Shown: piece after piece, positions 1 to 12,491 of the stretch
Layout: the number at the start of each line of letters is the position of its first letter
Numbering within the stretch: the first letter of the stretch is position 1
Assembly: GCF_009914755.1 (NCBI RefSeq)
Contig: NC_060926.1
Length of the DNA: 64,000 nt
Source: the human T2T-CHM13v2.0 reference genome, Homo sapiens
Strand: one strand, 5' to 3'
Made by a program: the position numbers and the translations under genes
Notes under the pieces: generated by a model
Database searches by the model: none
The model's input: the letters and a program-made list of their open reading frames with translations, nothing else
Told to the model about the DNA's origin: nothing

Positions 1-660
<660 letters not shown>

Positions 661-1049
661 CCACACTCCTCCTTGCGCACCCACTCATTTTATTTGACCC
701 TCGATGGCCGTCTGCAGCGAATAAGTGCAGGTCTCCGAGCGTGATTTTAACCTTTTTTGCACAGCAGTCTCTGCAATTAGCTCACCGACCTTCAACTTTG
801 CTGTAAACCTTTTGGTTTTCCTACTTACTCTTCTTCTGTGGAGTTATCCTCCTACAATTCCCCTCCCCCTCGTCTTTCTCTTACCTCCTACTTCTCTTTC
901 TTGTAATGAAACTCTTCACCTTTAGGAGACCTGGGCAGTCCTGTCAGGCAGCAGCGATTCCGACCCGCCAAGTCTCGGCCTCCACATTAACCATAGGATG
1001 TTGACTCTAGAACCTGGACCCACCCAGCGCGTCCTTTCTTATCCCCGAG

Positions 1050-1072
1050 TGGATGGATGGATGGATGGATGG
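1050..1072. repeat. (TGGA)n microsatellite in 3'UTR
   Basis: tggatggatggatggatggatgg. Confidence 0.9.
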
Positions 1073-2202
1073 TAGGGATGTTAATAATTTTAGTGGAACA
1101 AAGCCTGTGAAATGATTGTACATAGTGTTAATTTATTGTAACGAATGGCTAGTTTTTATTCTCGTCAAGGCACAAAACCAGTTCATGCTTAACCTTTTTT
1201 TCCTTTCCTTTCTTTGCTTTTCTTTCTCTCCTCTCATACTTTCTCTTCTCTCTCTTTTAATTTTCTTGTGAGATAATATTCTAAGAGGCTCTAGAAACAT
1301 GAAATACTCAGTAGTGATGGGTTTCCCACTTCTCCTCAATCCGTTGCATGAAATAATTACTATGTGCCCTAATGCACACAAATAGCTAAGGAGAATCCAC
1401 CCAAACACCTTTAAAGGATAGGTGTCTGTTCATAGGCAAGTCGATTAAGTGGCATGATGCCTGCAAAGCAAAGTCAACTGGAGTTGTATGTTCCCCCCAC
1501 CTTCTAAATAGAATAGCTCGACATCAGCAATATTATTTTGCCTTATTTGTTTTTCCCCAAAGTGCCAAATCCATTACTGGTCTGTGCAGGTGCCAAATAT
1601 GCTGACAAACTGTTTCTGAATATCTTTCAGTACCCCTTCACCTTTATATGCTGTAAATCTTTGTAATGAATACTCTATTAATGATATAGATGACTGAATT
1701 GTTGGTAACTATAGTGTAGTCTAGTGAAGATGAATTGTGTGAGTTGTATATTTTACTGCATTTTAGTTTTGAAAATGACTTCCCCACCACCTAGAAACAG
1801 CTGAAATTTGACTTCCTTGGGAGAACACTAGCATTAATGCAAGTAAGACTGATTTTCCCCTAAGTCTTGTTATATTTGATAAGGAGCATTAATCCCCCTG
1901 GAAATAGATTAGTAGGATTTCTAATGTTGTGTAGCAAACCTATACTTTTTTGTATTTAAAAATTAATGTGAAATATGCATCATACACAATATTCAATCTA
2001 GATTCCAGTCCATGGGGGGATTTTTCCTAATAGGAATTCAGGGTCTAAACGTGTGTATATTTTGGCTCTTCTGTAAATCTAATGTTGTGATTTTTATATT
2101 TGTTTCGTTTTGTCTGTGAACTGAATAATTTATACAAGAACACACTCCATTGAGAAACGTTTTGTTTTTTGCTCGTTTGTATCGTCTGTGTATAACAAGT
2201 AA

Positions 2203-2208
2203 AATAAA
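2203..2208 (+). terminator. Canonical polyadenylation signal AATAAA of TBR1
   Basis: AATAAA preceded by TGTA/T-rich motifs and followed by ggtgtttg. Confidence 0.8.
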
Positions 2209-3389
2209 CCTGGTAAAAACGCTAACTATGGTGTTTGAAAGCAGTTTACAGTTTGAAAATAATTTAATTATTATAGGTGATGATATTTAAGGGTTAAGGA
2301 AGACTAGCCCGTCCCCACTCCAATATGGGCAGCCTGTTTAATGGAAGCCACCTCCCATTCCCCCCTTAAATTTGTTTTATAGTACTTCCAGGAGCTACTT
2401 TTTTCTTCTTATTTATAATTATTTAGCTACCTATGAGCCAAGTCTCACTTTTCTGCGCTCATTTTCTTTTTTCAGGAAAACATATGCACTTTTCTCATCA
2501 TATTTATCTGATTCTCTCTGAAGTTGGAAATAATGCGAACAGGAAAAGGAGGTTCTTTAAATAAGGAGTTAAGAATTTCTTTAAATTTCACAGAGTAAGG
2601 CGGGAGGCGTTGGCCAAAAGTAGGGTGTAATTTAAATGCATGTCAAAATAGGATGTTGACCGCAGATTTAGTAAATTCTGGTTGTACATACGAGGCCTTG
2701 GAGGTGAGTGGCGAATCTGTAAACGCAGACACAGAACAGCCTACATTTCTTGAGTGGATGGTTTCCGAAGACTGGGCAGGGGTAGGGTGGCGAAAGACAC
2801 GTAGAACAAACTCGCGAAAGGGTCGTTTTTTAACCACTGAGCTTAAAACTGCTTCTGGGAGGCATCTGGGCTGGGGGTAGGGGCACTGCTCTATCCCTTC
2901 TGTAGTGGAATCTTATGCCAGTCCTATCCCTGCCAGATTCACACCTGGGGAACAAATGCAGAAATGCGAAATCCCAACCTGGAGGGCGCTGCGTCTAGTG
3001 AAGTCCGCAGAACTCTTTACCTCGTGGAGAAGCGATTTTTGTACTTTTGTCTCCAAAGAGAGGTGATCCAGGCAAGAGGCGGAAAATGGTTCCACATTCT
3101 TGCTTAGTCTGGGCCAGCCTCAGGTTACAGGACTAAATTTACCTTTACATAGACATTGTCCTGTGTCCTTTCTGCAGTTTGACAGATGTAAGGAGGCCTC
3201 AAATTTCTAATTAAAATGAAAATTCGTGGGAGGATAAAACTAACTTGCCTTCCCTGGACAATTCCGCCACTAGACGGCGTTCCGTGGAGTTTTGTCTGCC
3301 ACATAAAAAAGCGAGGACTGAATTTCCTTTGTGTTTCTTTCCCCTCCTCACATCTAAGAACTAAGTAAGAGGACAAAAGTACAAGACAC

Positions 3390-3720
3390 GGTGCATGTGT
3401 GGCGAGTGAAGTGGAGCAGTGCATTCGTGTCATCACCCACCCGACCCCGGCTGCGCTCCTCCGACCCCGCCGCCTACTCCCGCCGAGGAGGAGGAGCACG
3501 TGCGGTCGGTGGGGCGCAGGGCCGGGGAGCCAGGGGGGTGCCGGGGCTCGAGGCCGCGGGGCCGCGGGGGCCGCGCTCTGCTCTCCGCCCAGGCTGGGCC
3601 ACTGGAGCGCGGGAGCCCTGGAGCCCGGCGCTGCCCGGCGCTACCCGCCGCCCTCGGGACAGTCACCGTGAGCAAAAGAGTCGTTGTCATGTGCGTAAAC
3701 GAAGCTCTTAGGAGCCGAGG
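3390..3720. promoter_or_regulatory. CpG island downstream of TBR1
   Basis: GC-rich, CpG-dense, with G-runs and a CACGTG E-box at ~3497. Confidence 0.8.
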
Positions 3721-4194
3721 ATAGATTTCACAGGAACGTAGTGCCTTGTTCTGAAAGACGCGCTTTGGTTGATATTAGGAAGTATTTTTAAAAAATTGGG
3801 GAGGTCGTTTCCCTTGCAGCTCCGCCACCATCTGCTGCGTGGACTGAGTCAGCGTGAGGTAAATTTGCAGCTTCGCGCTCCTCTCGGAGGCATTGTGCTG
3901 TCTTGTCCCTTTAAAACATGATCATTTCTCCTCGCTTCCAAGAAGTCTTGGGTGTCTGGTGAAATGACACTGTCAGTGCGTCTGAGAGGCTGAGGCTGTT
4001 CAAAGGAAATCAGAGGCTGGATTTGGCAGGCCCTTTGGGAATCAAAGTTCGCGTCTCCTGTTAGAAGAGAGTTGCCTTTTCTCTCCTGAGGGCAGGGGTC
4101 AGGGGATAGCCTGAGAGGAACGGCGATTCCTCTCCGTAAACTCAGATTTCCTCAGTTTTTAACAGTGTATTTTCAAAAAGAGGACGAAAGAAGA

Positions 4195-4810
4195 AGACGA
4201 GCGTGCGGCTAGCACTGTATTCTGGCTCGTGTCTTCCCGCCACTCGCAATCCGCGCCATCTTAACTAACTTTCAATGTCCCTCGGGGCTGAGCGTGCCGG
4301 CGGCGGGTGCTGCTCGGGCTGGGAGATGCTGCGGCCTGGGTTCTCAACCTTCCGGGTGGACGCCGCCCGTCGGGGTAGACAGAGGCGGGAACAAAGCGCG
4401 TTGCGGCGGCGGGAGGCAGGCCGGTCTTGCCCCCACAGGCTAGGCTGCAGCTTGGCCCTGGTGCACCCGAGCCCAGAGCAGCGGGGACGGGCGTCCGGGA
4501 GCTCGCCCGGGTGCGGGGTCGCTCCTGAGGCCTGGGCCGGGGCTCTACTGCTTTGCCGTCGGGCGGGCGGCGGCGCCCGGGGCTGTCACAGTTGGGGATC
4601 CAGGTCAGAGGTCCAGGCCGAGAAGCAGGCTGTGGGGCGAGACTAGAAGGAAGTCCAGGCCCAATTCAGGCCGCAGGTCCCAGCTGGGGTCCAGGCAGTT
4701 CTGAGTACCCCCGACCCCAGCATCAGTTGAAAAGGGCCGCGGCCTGGGCTCTGGCCTAAGCGCGCAGCCTCTGTCCGCTGCTCTTTCAGAGCCAGGCCCG
4801 GCAGCCGAAT
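4195..4810. promoter_or_regulatory. Second downstream CpG island
   Basis: CpG-dense with GC boxes (GGGCGG, GGCGGG). Confidence 0.8.
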
Positions 4811-7800
4811 AGGATTTAGGACGTGGAATCCTGTTTCGGACTAGCAGAAACTTACTGAACAGTTTGTTTCAAAAATCAGGTTGTTTCTGTCTTTTTAGGA
4901 CCGACTTACATCACTGGAGCTTTTAAATTGTAGTAATTTAGGGTCTATAGATAACTTTCTGAACCTCTTATCCCCCGCAGTTAACATTTTCATATAAATC
5001 TCACTGCTACAACTCTTTGTGACCCACCTTTTTTTGGGGTGTTATTGAGTATTTATATTTTTAGCGCTGAAGCTTTAAAGGATGCTCTACTTTCTGCTTA
5101 AGATGCAGGTTTGGAACAAAAGCTTCGTTGAACAGAGGCCGTTTATATTCCCAGAGTTTAAAATGCTTCATAGGTATTTGGACAACGTATGTGTTCACAA
5201 GTGATTTTTATAAGATGTTCAGCCTGTCCTATCTGGTGCAGCACCTTTTGTGTGTGTATTTGAGTTACTTTATCATATAGGCATTTTGGCCATGAGACGG
5301 GGGAAAAAACATAGAACCCATGTTCTTGCTGAAAACAAACCTGTGTAGATTCCCGTGAAAGAAACAGCAACAATTATCATTTTTAGACAAATGTACTTAT
5401 GAAGTAGTCAGCAACTTTAAAGATAGTGATCAATTTTAAACATATTTAATTTACCCTGGTATGTTGGTGATTGCTTGGCTAATTTTGACATTTAAAAGAG
5501 TAATATTTTAGCCTAATATCAGTAAAATCAGTTTTTTAAAAAGTAACTGATACTTTTTAAGGAAGTTGAATTATGTGATTTATTGAAGTTACAGTCTGAG
5601 TGCAACAAGATTTACTTTTGGACAGTCGGGTTTTCTTTTACCAGAACAAAATAAGAGTCTCTCAGAGAAGACTAGATAAAATTTTAGGCATTGCGTTATA
5701 CTTGGTTTAATTCAGTTGCTCTGAGATTTGTGTGTTTTCCTGGTTCCCATCCTCAGTTTGTGTGTTAGGCTGCCACACATTAAAAAATATATTCACTTGA
5801 AAGAAAACCCCATTGCTTTCACAATAAAGTAAACTTGATGGTGTACAAGTCACTGGTCTCATCTGAGCTGATTATATCTTCCTTGCATGTATTTTACACC
5901 CACAGTATGGTTTGCAGTGGTGTTCAAGGCATGGCGTGAAAAATTTGATTTGAATAGTTCTATTAAAGCAATGAAAAAAAACCACATGGCTTAATAGACC
6001 TTCCAGTGATAGCTCCCCCTCTTACTATGCTAACTCTGAAAGAAATATGTAATCTAGTATTAGGAACATGGCATCTAGAAGACCCTTGCTGGTAATATTT
6101 AATTTAATAAACATGCTAACTGTGACATTATTAATGCAATGAAGCTTGCACTACAAGCTGATTCCTACAGGTTGTTTGACCTATTACTTATCACTAGATT
6201 CCTTATAAACATATCCTGCAATTTAGAACTTGAATTGTGTATTAAAATTATTTTGAATTCTAATCCTTAAAAATATCAGCATGACAGGGCACTCATTTTA
6301 TATACAAAGTATTTATACTTAGGTACCCTGGCACGCCTTTTATGAGAAGGAAGAGGAAGTTTAGGAGAGGAGGGCGTCTCTAGGGATATGTGTCTGGTTG
6401 TTTTAGTCAATATAGTTATTTTGTTCCAATACTAGTAGAAAAAAAAGAATATAATATTAAATTCTGGAACAAGAGTTGACTCTATATTTTGATGGTTACT
6501 AACTTTTAAGAAATGGCAAATTAATTAAACTTTCTGGTTGAAAAAGAAAACAAATCGTGCTTATATTAGGTTAAGTGCTTATATTAGGTCTTTTAGGTTT
6601 AGATTTCATACATCTCTTCATGTTAGCAAAAGGGTACTGTGTGGGAAAAAGCCTTTACATTACAGTCTTATCTTATTTCAGGTGTCTAAAAAAAGAAAAA
6701 AGCCAACAATGTTGTTCTGAAACCACAGGGTCTTCCTAGCTCACATTTAAACTTTCAAGATGTATTTGTCATTTATTTTGCCATTCCTAGTATGAGAGGG
6801 AAGGCATTTTTCAATCTTAGGAAAATTCAGAAGCAATTTTTTGGTTCTCAGTTAATTCAGTTTCATCTTAAAAGTTCAAATTTAGCAAAGCACATGTTCC
6901 CTTGTTCATGCCAAGTGTGATAAAAACTAGTCGAAAAATAAAACCATTGCAAACAAGTAGAGCACTGCACTTCACTGCACACTATACAGGCCACATCATT
7001 TCTAGGACTGATGTCACTGCCTGCTGGGTTGCCATTTGTGGGCACACGTAAGTCTGCCTTTGAAGGCTAATAGAAGGCATTAGTACTTCAGATACATATG
7101 TGTGTTTGAATTGTGCATGTGTTTTAAATATCCTTTTTGAGTTGTGATATGCATACCCGTGAACGTTCAAACATTTGCCATCTTTTATCAACAAAAGGTT
7201 ATTCTTTGTAGAGCTCCAGGATGTTATTTTCTCCCTGTGCACTAGGAGATAATATTTTCTTTGTATCTAAAATACGAATTTGCAAAATCACTTCTACCCC
7301 TTTGTAATGTAGTCAAATTATAGGCTATTTTGTGGAGTTACAACTATTTAAATTAGTTTAATCTTTGTATTGACAATATTAAGCTATCACATATGTTTTT
7401 TAGTTCAACATCCTTGACCTTAAAAATACACATGCGTGTTATGTAGATTCAGGTTAGGCCATAAGAATCAATACAGACATTTTATGAGAACTTTCCAGTT
7501 ATTATATAGTTTTCTATTATTTTGAATGGCTTGTTCAATTGAGAATTTACTGAAGGCCAAAGTATTGCTCCTAATTAAGTATGTTTCAAAAGGTGGCTAG
7601 TACTTTTATAACCTAATGTGTTTTTGAATTGCAAAATTATAATTTCGAAGACAATTTTTACCAAATAATAGCAACGTTTACTACTTAGCACCTTTCTTTG
7701 AGAAAATAGAAACTGTAATGAGGACTTATCCTTTCCCAGTTTACTTACCATTTAATGTTATATGTTTTGTTCAAATAAAATCTTTTTTTCTACTTCTGCC

Positions 7801-9984
7801 TTAATTTGCTGTTTGTTAAAATGACTGTGTTCTTAATAATTCTTAGAGTTCATTCACCTTTGGGATTCACTCTTTTAATTTATGCTTTCTTTCTGCTTTG
7901 TTCCTGTGGAGAAAGACAAAGAAACATACTGACTTCTTTCTCAACAAATTTGTTCTTTCCTCCTCCAACTCTGCTCTCTCTCTGACACTCATTTTGCCCT
8001 TGTTGACTCTCTTGCCAACAACTTTTTTTTTAACCTACTCTTTTTTTTTTTTTTCTCACGCTACCACCCTGAACCTGAATCTTTATAAAATCTATGCCTG
8101 ATTCATCAGTTTGTTTATTTCAGGTCAGAACTTTTCTATTTTCCCCAAAAGCAATTGGGGGAAAAAAGCAATGTTTTTGGAACAAATATTGGTTAGAATA
8201 TGTTTTTCTATTTCACCTCCCCACATTATTATACTTTTTTCCTATGAACTTCTATAATTACTTCATCTCTTGATAGTCACTTTTTCATTATCTTGTTTCT
8301 TTTTTGTATTTGTGAAAGGACAACTTGATATTTTTGTCTCTTATTGGTATTTCTGTTCTCTTCTTTACACATAACATTCTTAGCTATGTGAGGCACTGCA
8401 TTTATCCCTGCTCTCTTTTGTTGTACTTAGGACCCATGTTTCAATACTTTCTTTGATCCTTTTCAATTCAGCTTTCTCATTTGCACGGACATTACAATCT
8501 TTCTTACTAAGTTCACCAGTGTCCTCTTAACGAAATGTAATGGCCTTATTACAGGCTAATCTTTATTCTCCTAGCCATTTAAAATCATAATTAGCCCTTT
8601 GGGTGATTGAGAATCACAGATTCTGCAACTCCTTCACTTTTCCCTTCCTTCTTCCAACTTTTCTTTCATGGTTCTCTCTTTTTGCTCCATTCATTCATTC
8701 ATTCATTCATTTTACAGGTTTCCGTAGCATTTGCTTTTCACAGGGTATGTCCTCATATAGCTCTCCTAAGAAAACTTGCTAGACATGTGACATGTGATAT
8801 GGAAGAATAAGGTGGAGGAAAGAAGATCTGGTAATGTTTTTCTTAATATGTCTTTTCAACCCATTTTCTAACGGCCTTCCCCTCCTCCATGGTTTCTTAT
8901 TTCTTGTAGCCTAATACATTTTAATTGACATTTGGATTGTCTTTCCTTGAACCATCTGATGCCAATTCACTTTCTCTTTACTCTTCATCTAAGTTTAGCA
9001 TGATGAAGATTAAGAGGAATTTTTTAAAAAGCAAAGTTTTCTTAGTTAATATTAATTTAATCCCTTGAGAAGATTGCAATATGAAGTGTACACGCCACTA
9101 TTAAATAGGAAGGGTTTCTACAATTATCTGCACTATATCTTATTAAGTAAATATATCACTATCAGCCCTTTCTCAGCATAGCCATAAAAAAATAAGGTAC
9201 AAAACCTAAGAGATTCAGGCCTTGCAGATCATGAGAAACAGTCTTACTTGCATTACCACTTGTTTAGGAAACTCTGTTCTGTTTCTGAGTTTAAACTTTT
9301 AAAGTGACACACATTTTATTTTAAATTGTTTTTGCTTTAGGGTCATATTTCAAAATATAAATTGTGTGTGTGAGTGTGTGTGGTGTGTATGTATAGTAGC
9401 CTGATGAGTCCAGAGAATAAGGACATAAAATCAAGAAAAGCAAATAGGTGATTTTTGACACTCCTTGCATTTTGCTGCTCTAGGTGCTGTCATGACTGTG
9501 TGCTCTTTGAGGATTTCCTGTTGGAGTCTGAAGTGCTCTTTCAATAATCTCCTATTTATGTAAATAATTATCTACTTCCTAACATTAGGATCAAGAGTCT
9601 TTAAATTTATTATTACTTAATTTGCATGTAGTACAATTTCCATTTGAGTAAGAAGTTGGTAAAAATGCCATGTCAAAAAAGTGTTTATATAACTGAAAAT
9701 TTGTAATTGGTGTCATGGAAATTTAGTATGTAAGATACCATATTAAATGAGTTCTGAAAATACAGGTTTCAAAGAAACTTGATTCCTGTGGTATAGTAGA
9801 AAACTGTGGGCACAAGTAAGAGGCTGTATGTCTTATGATTTCCACTATCCTCATTTGTAAAATGAAGTTATAATTAATCTTTCAAATACCTTCCAGACTT
9901 AAACACCATGGATTTTGTGGACTTCTGACTGCCTATGCAGTTTGAGTTCAAATGTTCTGAGCTAGGGTAGAACTACCTCTAGAG

Positions 9985-10207
9985 CAGTGGCTTTCAAACT
10001 TTTTAAACTGGGACTCACAGTAATAAACATATGTACATGCCCACAAACAAAAGTTTCACAAAATAATGTTTACCTGTGTCACATTTGATATACTCTGATA
10101 TTTTTCTTTTGTGTTTAATTTCCTTGAAAAGAAAATTCTGGTTATGACCTAGTAAATTTATTTCATGGTTCTCTAATATATAGGGACTTGAAGTTTGAAA
10201 AACATTG
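9985..10207. mobile_element. hAT-Charlie-type MITE (subfamily uncertain)
   Basis: Imperfect TIRs cagtggctttcaaact ... agtttgaaaaacattg, inserted after ctctagag. Confidence 0.6.
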
Positions 10208-10580
10208 CCATAGTATTACTGTTAATTTAACTAGCCTAGAATGTTCTGTTTCCTCTTAAGTCTCTACACACACATTTTGATATTTCATTTCTAGAATGGT
10301 AGACTATACATGTTAGCAATCGTGGGAATCACTTTTTATGTAATAATATACTTGAGTGTATGGCATACAGTGTGATTGGGAATAAAGATGGAGAAACTGT
10401 TCTTTACAATATTCCATGATGATCTGCAGGGGCTTTTTTTGTTTGTTTTTTAAAATCATTAAGGCATTTCTCTTTAAGATTGCTTTATTTTATTTAGGAC
10501 TTTATCTTATCTTTATGTTTCTTTTTTTCACAGTCCATATTTTTCTCCCCTTTCTCTTTCTCTCCCTGCCTCCCACCATG

Positions 10581-10611
10581 CACACACGCACACACACACA
10601 CACACACACAC
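10581..10611. repeat. (CA)n microsatellite
   Basis: Direct reading. Confidence 0.95.
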
Positions 10612-10779
10612 TTCCTCCAAGCATATTGATTTATTGAAAATCAAGGTGACTTCTGGTGTTGGAGATAAGCAGGCCCACACTTGTTGGTGTGGTTCTTTGC
10701 ATGAACTGCCTCCTTTTCCTGACACTAAGGCACAGCTGAGTGGAGGGAAGAAGATAGCAGTGACTTCTCCTATCCTCTA

Positions 10780-10945
10780 GGTCATTGGCTTCACATTAGA
10801 AGCACCAGAGGAGTTTTAAAAATTATCATTCTCAGATTCACACCCCATCCCAAATAAATCAGGATGTGAGTATCTTGTGTTGAGATACACATATCTGTAC
10901 TTTTTAAAGATTCTTAAGTGATTCCAGTGTGCTGCAAAGTCTGCG
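10780..10945. mobile_element. MER5-like hAT-Charlie fossil
   Basis: ggcttcacattagaagcacc...gtgattccagtgtgctgcaaagt resembles MER5A/B. Confidence 0.55.
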
Positions 10946-11002
10946 CTGCGAAGTCTGGGAGACACTCTAGGTTTTTTGTTTGTTTTTATAATGAAACAGT
11001 AG

Positions 11003-12491
11003 TTTTTTTTTTTTTTTTGAAGTTTAACAGCTATTAATGGTGGCATAGTACCTTGTAGGTAGTTTTTCAATCCTCACCCTCCTTCTAACCCCTACCCTCA
11101 AGTAGGACCCTGTGTGTATTGTTCCCTTTCTTCTATCCATGTGTACTCAGTGTTTACTTCCTACTTATAAGTGGAAACGTGATATTTGGTTTTCTGTTCC
11201 TACATTAATTTGATTAGGATAATGGCCTCCAGCTGCATCCATGTTGTGCAATGGACATGATTTTTTTTAATGGCTATATAGAATCCCATGATGTATATGT
11301 ACTGCATTTGCTTTATCCAGTCTACCATTGGTGGGTATATAGGTTGATTCAATGTCTTTGCTAATATGAATGGTGCTGTGAGGAACATACAAATACATGT
11401 TTCTTTTTGGTAGAACGATTTATATTCCTTTGAGTATATACCCAGTAGTGGGATTGCTGGGTTGAATAGTAGTTCTGTTTTAAGTTCTTTGAGAAATCTC
11501 CAAATTGATTTCCACAGTGGCTGAACTAATTTACATTCCCACTAGAAGTGTATAAGCTTTACTCTGTAACCTTGCCAACATGTTATTTTCTGACTTTTTA
11601 ATAATAACCATCCTGACTGGTGTGAGATGGTATCTCATTGTGGTTTTGATTTGCATTTCTCTAATAATTTGTCATGCTGAGCATTTTTTTTTATATGCTT
11701 GTTGGCTACTTGTATGTCTTCTTTTGAGAAGTGTCTGTTCATGTCCTTTGCCCATTTTTTAATGGGGTTGTTTGCTTTTTGTTGTTGAGTTTTGTTTAAA
11801 TTCCTTATAGATTCTGGATATTAGAATTTTGTCAGATGAATAGTTTGCAAATATTTTCACCCATTCTGTAGGATGTCTGTTTACTCTGTTGATAGTTTCT
11901 TTAGCTGTGCAGGAGCTCTTTAGTTTCATTAGGTCCCATTTGTGTATTTTTGGTTTTGTTGCATTTGCTTTTGGAGACATTGTCATGAACTCTTTGCCAA
12001 GGTCTATGTCCAGAATGGTATTTCCTAGGTTTTCTTCTAGGGTTGTTGTAGTTTTAGGTCTTACATTGAAGTGTTTAATCCATATTGAGTTGATTTTTGT
12101 GTATGGTATAAGAAGGGGTCCAGCTTCAATCTGCTGCATATGGCTAGCCTGTTAACCCAGCACCATTTATTGAACAGGCAGTCCTTTCTGCATTGCTTGT
12201 TGTTGTCGACTTTGTCAAATATCAGATGGTTGTAGGTGTGCAGCTTTATTTTTGGGTTCTGTAACCTGTACCATTGGTCTATGTGTCTGTTTTTGTATCA
12301 GTACCATGCTGTTTTGGCTACTGTAGCCTTGTAGTATAGTTTGAAGTCAGGTAGCCTGCTGCCTCTGGCTTTATTCTTTTTGCTTAGGATTGCACTGGCT
12401 TTGGGGGCTTTTTTTTGGTTCCATATGAATTTTAAAATATTTTTTCTAATTCTGTGAAAAAATGATGTTGGTAGTTTGATAGGAGTAGCAT
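11003..12491 (-). mobile_element. 5'-truncated L1 (older L1PA, approx. L1PA13-16): ORF2 end and 3'UTR
   Basis: T-tract tail at 11003. Minus-strand ORF fragments [27 protein letters not shown] and [18 protein letters not shown] are L1 ORF2 C-terminus. Confidence 0.92.

Noticed and set aside
3125-4759. Overlapping 68-124 aa ORFs in the CpG islands
   Set aside because: Gly/Arg/Pro-rich low-complexity products in several frames are expected from GC-rich DNA; no recognisable domain.
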